In this document: one piece after another, positions 54,920-63,002 of the stretch
Numbering within the stretch: position 1 is the stretch's first letter
Layout: each line of letters starts with the position of its first letter
NCBI GenBank assembly: GCA_947085635.1
Contig: CAMTXC010000005.1
Span: 16,749-80,748 of the forward strand
Reading direction: 5' to 3'
DNA: 64,000 nt
Origin: an uncultured Actinomycetes bacterium
GTDB lineage: Bacteria > Actinomycetota > Thermoleophilia > RBG-16-64-13
The notes under the pieces: model-generated
Told to the model about the DNA's origin: nothing
Database searches by the model: none
What the model saw: the letters and a program-made list of their open reading frames with translations, nothing else
Position numbers and translations under genes: made by a program

Positions 54920-55110
54920 GGTGGGCACTCTACCACGGCCCGGTCGCCCGTGCCAGGTATTGACCGGCGGCGATGCTCTGTTGGTCGGTGGGTCGATGCG
55001 GGGTCCGGGGCGGCGCGTACGGCGCACGGGGGCGCATCGTGGCGCTCCGCCTCGCGCGGCGTTCTTCTTCGCGCGGCGTTCGGCCCCAGTGCCTGCGTCC
55101 TGAACGGCTC

Positions 55111-56388
55111 CTACCGTCTGCGCCCGGAGCGCCCCGCTCCGCCCTGCCGACTTCGATGACGGCCGCCACTACCGCTGCCGCCGCCACTACCAGCACCATT
55201 GCCACCGCCGTAACCAGCAGCACTGCCTTTGGGCCCGCGCACCTGCCGCCCGGGGTCGGGCACCACGCGCGCGCCGTAGGCGAAGCCTTCCAGGTCGTGG
55301 CAGGGGATGGTCATGCCCAGAGCCTGCTCGATCTCGGCGAGCCGCTCGAGTTCTTCGATCGCCAAGAAGCTTACGGCGCTGCCTTCGGCGCCCGCGCGCG
55401 CGGTACGGCCGATGCGGTGCACGTAGTCCTCTGGGGTGTTCGGCATGTCGTAGTTCACCACATGGCTGATGTTGTCCACGTCGATGCCGCGGGAGACCAC
55501 GTCGGTGGCCACCAGGATGTGCGACTGACCCGCGCGGAATGCGCCGAGCGCCCGTTGGCGCTGTGCCTGCGAGCGCCCGCCGTGGATGGCCGCGCTGCCT
55601 AGGCCGTGCTTCTCGAGCTGTCGGCTCAACTTGTCGGCCCCGTGCTTGGTGCGGGTGAACACCAGGGTGCGCCGGTGACCGCCGCCCTGGAGCAGTCGAA
55701 CGAGGAGCTCGGTCTTCTGATGCCGCCCCACCGGATAGACGGTCTGATCGACCTGCTCCACCGGCGTGGTGACGGGCGATGTCTCTACGCGCACCGGATC
55801 GTGCAGGGTGGACTGCACCACTCTCAGCACTTCAGCCGACATGGTGGCGGAGAACAGCAGGTTCTGGCGCTTCGGGGGCAGCAGGCCGAGGATGCGACTG
55901 ACGTCGGGCCAGAAGCCCATGTCGAGCATGCGGTCGGCTTCGTCGAGCACGAGGGTCTCGACACGCGAGAGGTCCAGGATGCGTCGCGAATGGATATCGA
56001 GGAGTCTGCCGGGGCACGCCACCACGATGTCCACGCCGCGTCGCACGCGGTCGATCTGAGGGTACATGCCCACTCCGCCGATGATGACGGCCGTGCGGTG
56101 CCGCGTGTGCTTCGCAGCGTTGCGAATCACCTCGTCGATTTGGAGCGCCAGTTCGCGGGTGGGGGTGACGATCAAGGCGCGCACGCCCTGCTTGATCGGG
56201 GTGCGCTGTAGCATGGGCAGCACGAATGCGGCGGTCTTGCCGGTACCGGTCTGGGCGGCTCCCACTACGTCGGACCCGCGGAGGATGTGGGGGATGGCCT
56301 CTCGTTGGATGGCCGTTGGCTCGGTGTATCCCATGGCGGCCACGCCCTGGAGCAGGCGCGGCTCGAGGCCGAGTGTTTCGAATGACAT
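55111..56388 (-). CDS. DEAD-box ATP-dependent RNA helicase with a Gly/Arg-rich tail
   Basis: Q-motif region, AQTGTGKT, DEAD, SAT, HGG..Q..R and HRIGRTAR motifs. ATG 56388 after AGGAGA; the track ORF is over-extended to 56703. Confidence 0.95.
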   Translation of the reverse strand: MSFETLGLEPRLLQGVAAMGYTEPTAIQREAIPHILRGSDVVGAAQTGTGKTAAFVLPMLQRTPIKQGVRALIVTPTRELALQIDEVIRNAAKHTRHRTAVIIGGVGMYPQIDRVRRGVDIVVACPGRLLDIHSRRILDLSRVETLVLDEADRMLDMGFWPDVSRILGLLPPKRQNLLFSATMSAEVLRVVQSTLHDPVRVETSPVTTPVEQVDQTVYPVGRHQKTELLVRLLQGGGHRRTLVFTRTKHGADKLSRQLEKHGLGSAAIHGGRSQAQRQRALGAFRAGQSHILVATDVVSRGIDVDNISHVVNYDMPNTPEDYVHRIGRTARAGAEGSAVSFLAIEELERLAEIEQALGMTIPCHDLEGFAYGARVVPDPGRQVRGPKGSAAGYGGGNGAGSGGGSGSGGRHRSRQGGAGRSGRRR

Positions 56389-56622
56389 GTCTCTCCTGTA
56401 CTGTGCGCCGCTGGTGGGTCGCACTGCGTTGTAGACGCAGTGGTCCGGGATGGCGGCATAAGGGCAGCACAGGACAACCGAGTCTTGAATGGGTACCGAA
56501 GGAGTGTAGCACAGGGCCGCCGAGTCCATCGTCGGAGCCGCGCGTCCCTCGAGACGTAGTAATCTGCACCGCGCGCCCGAAGCCGCCTCGACGCCACCGG
56601 CTGGGACCCGCCGAAGGAACGG

Positions 56623-57486
56623 GTGTTCGCCTGGGGGCAGATGGCCTCCGGGGGTGGCATGCCGACGGGTTCGATGTTGGGGGGCGCGCCGGCGCAGGCG
56701 CACCTGTCGTTGCCCTATGTCGTCAGGGCGGCCCTGCTGACCGTGGCGTTCGGCGCAGCGGCGGTGCTCATGCGCGATCTCGGCTTCCAGGCGCGTCCGC
56801 TGCGACTCGCCACGTTCGGGGCTGAGGCGCGTCGCATCTTCGACGCCGGGGTCACCTTTGGCTGGCGCAGCCCGGTGGTGCGTCCGCTACTCTGGAGTTC
56901 CACGGCGGGCGGGATGTTCTTCATGTTCGCCTGGTATGCCTGGCAGCCGTATATCCTCGAGTTACTCGCCCGTGACTACGGGTGGTTGCTGGGAGTGGTG
57001 ATGGCCGCCTTTTCGCTCGCAGGGATAGCGGGCAACTCGCTGGTGGGGCGCATCATGGAGAGCGGCGCCGGGCGGCGCGACTCCTGGAGCGTCTTGGCGT
57101 TCTGCGGATGGATGTATCTGGCGCTTTCTGTGGGTATCGCCGCCGTGGGGTTGTTGGGGGTCGCGCCCGGGCCGGCGCCGGCGGGTATCGCCATCGCTCT
57201 CTGGTTGACCTTCGGGTTGGTGTTCGGCGTATCGGGGCCGGTGCGCATGGCCTACATCAACACCCACATCCCGTCCGCACAACGCGCGACCGTCCTGTCG
57301 CTCGACGCCTTCTTCGCCGATGGAGGCGGGGCCGCGGGGCAGCCCGCGCTCGGCTGGCTGTCAGAGCGGGCGTCCATACCCATCGCATGGCTCACCGGAG
57401 CGCTGTTCCTCGTGGCCCCTCCGCTGCTCTACCGGGCGTCGGGCAAAGCGGCCGAGCGTGTGGAGAAGGGCTCACTCACCTCTTGA
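56623..57486 (+). pseudogene. C-terminal half of an MFS transporter (N-terminal six-helix bundle missing)
   Basis: Only about six TM helices plus the central-loop region are present. No upstream coding sequence for TM1-6 exists, because the helicase promoter region lies there. Confidence 0.5.
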
Positions 57487-58280
57487 GCCGTCTCCGTGGC
57501 GGGCGAAGGTGCCGTCGCGATAGTCGCGGAAGGTCTTACGCAACTCTTCGTCGGTATTCATGACGATCGGACCTTGCCACGCGACCGGTTCACGCAGCGG
57601 CCTGCCCGACACCAACAGGAACCGGGCTTGAGTGCCCGCCGCGGCCCGTCCGCCGGCATCGGTCGCGCTGCGGGCAACGACCGTGTCGCCATCGGTGAAC
57701 AACGCCGTGGAGAGAGCGGGCACCCGCGTGCCGCCGTCTTCCTCTGCGAAGAGCACGTCGCCCGCCACGACGTAGGCGAACACCGTGTGGCCCGGGGTCG
57801 TGGGGTGCCTCCACACGGCGTCGCCTGTGAGGGTCACGTCGAGGTACTCGGGCTCGATCACCACCTCGCGCACCGGACCCTCGACGTCTCCCACCCGGCC
57901 GGCCACGATGCGCACCTTGGCCGGACCGTCTTCGATCACGGGCATGTCGCAGGCCTGCACCTCACGATAGCGGGCATCCATCATCTTGCTGACGGCGGGG
58001 AGGTTCGCCCAGAGCTGGAAACCGCCCATGCGGCCGCTCTGCTCTCCCGCGGGCATCTCTTGGTGTATCACGCCGCTCCCGGCGGTCATCCATTGGACGT
58101 CGCCCGCGCCGATGACGCCCCGGTTGCCCATGGAGTCCCCGTGCTCGCACGAGCCCTCGATCATGTAGGTGATGGTCTCTATGCCTCGGTGCGCCCGAAC
58201 GCCCGCCGCAGCCGCACTCCGGCGCCTTCCAGCGTGGGCCTACTCTGGAACACTTCTTCGATGTGTCGGGTAGCGGACAT
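57472..58280 (-). pseudogene. Pirin-family cupin with an internal deletion plus frameshift
   Basis: MSATRHIEEVFQSRPTLEGAGVRLRRAFG... (from ATG 58280) stops at TAG 58179-58181. The cupin core HRGIETITYMIEGSCEHGDSMGN...VQWMTAGSGVIHQE continues in another frame. About 30 residues, including part of the HxH metal site, are missing. Confidence 0.7.
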
Positions 58281-58305
58281 GTCGTATTCTCCAATCGCCG
58301 GGGCC

Positions 58306-58413
58306 GGCTCAGAAGATCGGGGCCGGCTCAGAAGATCGGGGGTGGCTCAGAAGATCGGGGCCGGCTCAGAAGATCGGGGGTGGCTCAGAAGATCGGGGCC
58401 GGCTCAGAAGATC
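58306..58413. repeat. Intergenic 19-nt tandem repeat, six copies (alternating variants give a 38-nt higher-order unit, three times)
   Basis: GGCTCAGAAGATCGGGGCC alternates with GGCTCAGAAGATCGGGGGT, starting at 58306, 58325, 58344, 58363, 58382 and 58401. Lies between the pirin remnant and the hemolysin-III gene. Confidence 0.9.
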
Positions 58414-58606
58414 AGCCTGGGCCCCGGTACGGTGGTTCGCTTTTCGAGTGAATAATACCCGCTGCAGCACATTCGGAAGCGCCCGCGGCGTAGCGTGACG
58501 TGCTAGCATCTGCCCAGCCCGGCGCGGGGCGCGTCGACGACTCGGGGGCGCCGCGCTTCCACACTCGGCGCTGAGGGAATCGCGGCGATCAAATTCGGGA
58601 GGACCG

Positions 58607-59263
58607 GTGACCGTTTCGGCGGACAAGATCTCGAGCAGACGCCCGTACAGCCTGGGTGAGGAGATCGCCCACAGCGTGACCCACGGGGTCGGGCTCGGCT
58701 TGAGTGCCGCGGCGCTCGCGCTCTTGATCGTGTTCGCGGTCGACGGCGGCGGCGGTTGGAAGCTCGCGAGCGCCATCGTCTATGGCACGACTCTCGTGCT
58801 CTGTTTCATGGCCTCCACCTTGTACCACAGCTTCCCCCAACCCAAGGTGAAGCACGTCTTCAAGGTGCTCGATCACGCCGGCATCTATCTGCTGATCGCG
58901 GGCACATACACGCCGTTCATGTTGGTGGCGCTGCGCGGGCAGGGGTGGTGGATGTTCGTGCTCGTGTGGAGCCTGGCCGTCATCGGCATCGCGACCGAGG
59001 CCTTCTGGGTCTACCGGCCCAGGTGGGTGTCCGCGGCGGCGTACCTCGGGATGGGATGGATCGCGGTCGCTGCCATCGGTCCGCTGCGGGACGCGCTCGC
59101 TCCGGCCGGCGTCTGGCTCCTGGCCGCGGGCGGCCTCGCGTACACGTTCGGTACGATCTTCTACGTGCTGAAGCGAGTGCCTTACATGCACGCCGTGTGG
59201 CATCTGTTCGTGCTGGGCGGTGCGGCGTGCCACTTCCTCGCTGTCGCGGTCTTCGTGTTCTAG
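58607..59263 (+). CDS. Hemolysin-III / PAQR family membrane protein
   Basis: EEIAHSVTHGVG, STLYHS, DHAGIYLLIAGTYTP and HLFVLGG motifs with seven TM helices. GTG start after GGGAGGA. Confidence 0.9.
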   Translation: MTVSADKISSRRPYSLGEEIAHSVTHGVGLGLSAAALALLIVFAVDGGGGWKLASAIVYGTTLVLCFMASTLYHSFPQPKVKHVFKVLDHAGIYLLIAGTYTPFMLVALRGQGWWMFVLVWSLAVIGIATEAFWVYRPRWVSAAAYLGMGWIAVAAIGPLRDALAPAGVWLLAAGGLAYTFGTIFYVLKRVPYMHAVWHLFVLGGAACHFLAVAVFVF

Positions 59264-59271
59264 GGCGAAGT

Positions 59272-60732
59272 CTAGCCGAGGAACCTCCGCCTGAGCGCCG
59301 CCCGCAGGATCAGATCGGTGAGCTGGGTCTGCTCTCCGCGATCCAGCGCCTCACGTATGCGGCGCACGATCTCGAGGTGCTCAGCATCCGGTTCCCAGGA
59401 GTAGCCGGCGTTCAGGATGGCCGCGCGCAGTTTGGGCGTCAACAGCGGGCTCTGCGGGTCGGTGTAGGTGAGGGCGTCGGCGATCTTCGCGTCGAAGGAG
59501 GAGTGCACTTCTCGCACGAAAGCCAGGTCGCCCGCCTCGAGCGCCTCGAGCGCCAGAAGCTCGGGGGGTAGTCCTGCCGAGTACATCGCGCAGGTGAACG
59601 AGATGGCACGGGGGAGGGTGACCCCTTCGATCTGGCGGGCGTAGCCGAAGAGCCCCACGTGAAGTTTGCGGGCGCGTCGCGAGGGCACGAACCGGGCGAG
59701 AAAATTCACGGTGTCTGTGAGATCGAGGAGTTGACGTCGATAGAGCTCGCTGTAGCGCTCCATGATCGGGGTGGCGCGTTCGACGTCGATGGGCACGGCC
59801 GGACCGATCTCCCTCCGCTCTAGATAGTCGATGGCCGGGCGCACCTCATGGGCCGGGTAGTCGTACTTGAAGGCCGACTGGATGGTGAACGTGACGCAGC
59901 TCGGGTACTCGGCGCCCACGCGCTCGACCGTGCGGGGAGTGAGCCCGCCGCGGAAGGGAGCCGAGCCCATCCCCAGTATGGGGTGCAACCGCACGCCGCG
60001 TCTCTCGGCGAGCCTGTCCAGATTCCACAAGGCGATCTTGTTCGACAGTGCCGCGGTCACCAGGCCGTAGTTCATGGCGGTGTCCGAGCGGGCGAGGAAC
60101 ACCCGCTGGTCGGTGACGTCCTTGTCGGCCAGATACTCCTCGACCACGTCGGCGGCGGCCAACATACTCTCCAGATCTTCGAACAGGGGAATCACCTGGA
60201 TGCGCTCGGGGTGGAACTCGCCGATCCATTCGGCGATTGTGAGGTCGTCGTCGCGGAAGCGCAGGTTCTGGCGCCCGACGATGAAGTCGGCGTAGTACCG
60301 ATAGATGCGGTCGATGCAACGGGCCGAGGTCGTCATGGGGAGGATGACCTCGAAGATGGGGCTCACGTCGTCTTCGTAGAAGAGGCGTGCCGCGTCGTAG
60401 GAGCGCGGAATCGACTCCAGCGTCTCGAGCAGGATCTTGGCCTCGGCCGTCTCGACGGTGGGGTTGGGCACGCGGAGCGTCAGGCGGACGTCTTCACCCA
60501 GCCTGTTGTCGCGGAAGTACTGCTCGTAGTAGCTGAGCAACTTCTTGACGACGAAGGTGTCGATCTCTTTGCCCTCGCAGTCCCACATCTGCTCGTCGCA
60601 CCCAAGGTGCGAGTAGGCGTAGTAGGCCTCGCGGATCTCGTCCTCCCCGGCGAGCACGGGCGAGGACGCGAAAAAGGGCACCGTGGCGTTGTCGGGGTGC
60701 TGGGTGCTCATGCACCGGGGGACGCTGTTCAA
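59272..60732 (-). CDS. Archaeal-type phosphoenolpyruvate carboxylase
   Basis: N-terminal VPRCMSTQHPDN hallmark. At about 486 aa it is much shorter than bacterial Ppc. Confidence 0.9.
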   Translation of the reverse strand: MNSVPRCMSTQHPDNATVPFFASSPVLAGEDEIREAYYAYSHLGCDEQMWDCEGKEIDTFVVKKLLSYYEQYFRDNRLGEDVRLTLRVPNPTVETAEAKILLETLESIPRSYDAARLFYEDDVSPIFEVILPMTTSARCIDRIYRYYADFIVGRQNLRFRDDDLTIAEWIGEFHPERIQVIPLFEDLESMLAAADVVEEYLADKDVTDQRVFLARSDTAMNYGLVTAALSNKIALWNLDRLAERRGVRLHPILGMGSAPFRGGLTPRTVERVGAEYPSCVTFTIQSAFKYDYPAHEVRPAIDYLERREIGPAVPIDVERATPIMERYSELYRRQLLDLTDTVNFLARFVPSRRARKLHVGLFGYARQIEGVTLPRAISFTCAMYSAGLPPELLALEALEAGDLAFVREVHSSFDAKIADALTYTDPQSPLLTPKLRAAILNAGYSWEPDAEHLEIVRRIREALDRGEQTQLTDLILRAALRRRFLG

Positions 60733-60957
60733 GTGACTACCTCCATGGGGTGCTCGGGGCCCGCGAGCGGATCGGAGGACAACCGCGGGCTTCGAGGGCT
60801 ACGCGATGCGAGCCTGGCCGGACGCTGTCGCCCGTGACCTTCGGCGTTACAGGGACAATAGAGCTACCGGGGTGGCGTGTCAAAGCGCGTGCTGTGCGTG
60901 TCGGGGGCGGTGCTACACTTGCGGCCGCATGTGGACTTCCGGACGCACGTATCCGTC

Positions 60958-61833
60958 ATGACTGTTCTCCGCACGTATGTCTCCCGGCTATGCGATCTCG
61001 TGTCCGCCGGTAAGCCTCGAGTCGTCCTGCTCTTCCTGCTCACCGCGTGGACGGGGTCGGTGCTGTCTTCGGGGCGCCTGTGGTCTGAGCAGACTCCGGC
61101 GACATTGGTGGGCCTCGGCCTAGCGGTGGGTGGCGCCGGCGCGCTCAACCAGTACCTCGAGCGCGACCGCGACCGGCTGATGGCCCGCACCCGGCTCCGT
61201 GCTCTCCCGCAGGGGCGTCTACCCGCGTGGTCTGTGTTGGGTTCGGGTGCGGTCGCGTGCATCTCCGGCGTTGTGCTTCTTGGGGTGGCGGTGCGCCCCC
61301 TGTGCGCCGTCCTTGCCGCTGCGGGCGCCGCCTACTACCTGCTGGTGTACACGATCCTGCTCAAGCCCCGCTCCCCGTGGAGCGCTGTGTCCGGCGGGCC
61401 GGCCGGTGTGTTCCCACTCCTGGTAGGCTGGGCTGCTGCGGGGCCCCCCTTCACGCTGATTACACTCTACGTGTGCGCGCTGGTGTTCCTCTGGTCGCCC
61501 GCGCACTTCTGGGCACTCGCCGTCGCCCACGGAGACGAGTATGCGGTGGCCGGCATTCCGACCCCGGTTTCTGCATGGGGAGGGGGGCACGCGGGGCTCC
61601 TGGTGCTCCTGTACACGGTTGCTACGGTCGCCGTGTCCTTGCTCCCGGCGGTGGGCGGAGACTTCGGTGGCCTCTATCTGGGTGTTGCGGTCGCCGCAGG
61701 GGTCGCTCTCGGCGTGGCGGCCGTCCGAATGTGGCGCACGCCCGTCGCTCCGCGTGCTCGGCTCCTCCACAGAGCGAGCGGGGCGTACCTCGCTGTGATC
61801 CTCGCGGCCATGGTCGTTGACCGCGTGGCTTGA
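60958..61833 (+). CDS. ctaB: Protoheme IX farnesyltransferase (heme O synthase)
   Basis: UbiA-family NQYLERDRDRLMARTRLRALP motif and about nine TM helices. Start moved to ATG 60958. Confidence 0.85.
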   Translation: MTVLRTYVSRLCDLVSAGKPRVVLLFLLTAWTGSVLSSGRLWSEQTPATLVGLGLAVGGAGALNQYLERDRDRLMARTRLRALPQGRLPAWSVLGSGAVACISGVVLLGVAVRPLCAVLAAAGAAYYLLVYTILLKPRSPWSAVSGGPAGVFPLLVGWAAAGPPFTLITLYVCALVFLWSPAHFWALAVAHGDEYAVAGIPTPVSAWGGGHAGLLVLLYTVATVAVSLLPAVGGDFGGLYLGVAVAAGVALGVAAVRMWRTPVAPRARLLHRASGAYLAVILAAMVVDRVA

Positions 61834-61985
61834 GTCCGTGTACGGCTGTTGGTCGAGGTGCACGCGCGACTGCCCCCAGTGCGGCACCTGCGTGGACGTG
61901 TGCGCCCGCGACGCCCTTCGCTTCAGCTTCAGCCGGGGCACGGGAGGCGCGCTCCCGTGCCTGAGGCGGCGCCCCGCTTCGGCGC

Positions 61986-62747
61986 CTACGTCGTCGGTAT
62001 CAGCACGTTCGCGAACACCAGCCACGCCAGCAGTGATTTCGCGGCCAAGCTAAGGAACACGTAGGTGATCTCGCCGAACACGTAGTCGCGCCACGGTCCG
62101 ACCTTCTTGTACTGCAGCACCATGTTGACGGCGAAGCTGTTGAAGAACACGAACATGGCGAAGAAGATCACATACACGAATGACGGAGGCTCGCCCGGCG
62201 ACCCCGGGCCCCACAGATAGACTCCCATCGCCAACCACGGGATCGCGCCGGCGAAGCAGCCGAAGAGGTACGACATCCAGTTCGGTCGACCGGGTGTCTC
62301 GTAGTGCTCCATCAGCAGCCCGAAGAGGATCATCGAGACGTTGGCTCCGGCGATACCGATGACCGCGGCCACGTCGGACGCTCCCGGCAGGAGTCCGATG
62401 AGCACCACCATCAGAGTCGAGGAGAAGGCGTATTCGATCCAGCGGGCGTAGTTGCGTTCGCGCTTGAGGTTCTTCACATACCAGTCGAACGCGACCGGCG
62501 AAGCGACGATGAAGTGTGCCAGTGCCGACATGAACACGAACGCGGCCACCGCCGGGCCCAGGGGAACCTCGAAGAGTGCTTCGGTCGGGCCGGAGGGTGT
62601 TCCGGGCGGGCCCTGCATGAAGCTCGCCGTCACCGGCAGGCTGAAGTCGTTCGAGAGCGCCACGAGCGCGGCACCCTGCACGAAGTGGAAGAGGCCCATC
62701 ACTAGGTTGTAGAGCCTCAGTCGCTTGAAGCGAGTCTCGTCGATCAT
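61986..62747 (-). CDS. Heliorhodopsin
   Basis: Collinear with heliorhodopsin 48C12 as I recall it: LFHFVQ, NDFSLPVTASFMQGPPGT, ALAHFIV, RWIEYAFSST (counterion Glu), GANVSMILFG, FGCFAGAIPW, FFNSFAV and YVFLSLAAKSLLAW (Schiff-base Lys). Confidence 0.9.
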   Translation of the reverse strand: MIDETRFKRLRLYNLVMGLFHFVQGAALVALSNDFSLPVTASFMQGPPGTPSGPTEALFEVPLGPAVAAFVFMSALAHFIVASPVAFDWYVKNLKRERNYARWIEYAFSSTLMVVLIGLLPGASDVAAVIGIAGANVSMILFGLLMEHYETPGRPNWMSYLFGCFAGAIPWLAMGVYLWGPGSPGEPPSFVYVIFFAMFVFFNSFAVNMVLQYKKVGPWRDYVFGEITYVFLSLAAKSLLAWLVFANVLIPTT

Positions 62748-63002
62748 CGGTCCTCCAGTATCGTCGGATGAGCGTGGTGCGGCGATGTCAGGATGTCGCG
62801 CCGTTGCCGGACCGCCCTCCGGTTGCGTTCACATGCTGAGAGATACCCGCTCGGAAGGCTTCGTAGACGACGCGCTCGGTCCGTCTGCAGACACGTTGAC
62901 CGAGCGTGGCCGGCATCTGGTTGAAGGAGTGGCGCTAGGAGGTACGCTTCCAGAAGCGTATTGTGACCGAAGGCCGGTCGCGACGCCGGAAAGGAGCACG
63001 GA

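Noticed and set aside
58306-58413. Possible CRISPR array
   Set aside because: The 19-nt units are directly abutting with no spacers, and no cas genes are nearby. It is a simple tandem repeat.
61817-62053. 78-aa ORF with a C-x2-C-x2-C-x3-C ferredoxin-like motif (CPQCGTCVDVC) between ctaB and the heliorhodopsin gene
   Set aside because: It overlaps the ctaB 3' end by 17 nt and the heliorhodopsin 3' end by 68 nt. It has only one cluster motif, a Pro/Arg/Ser-rich tail and no RBS. It may be a relic of a ferredoxin gene, but support for a live CDS is insufficient.
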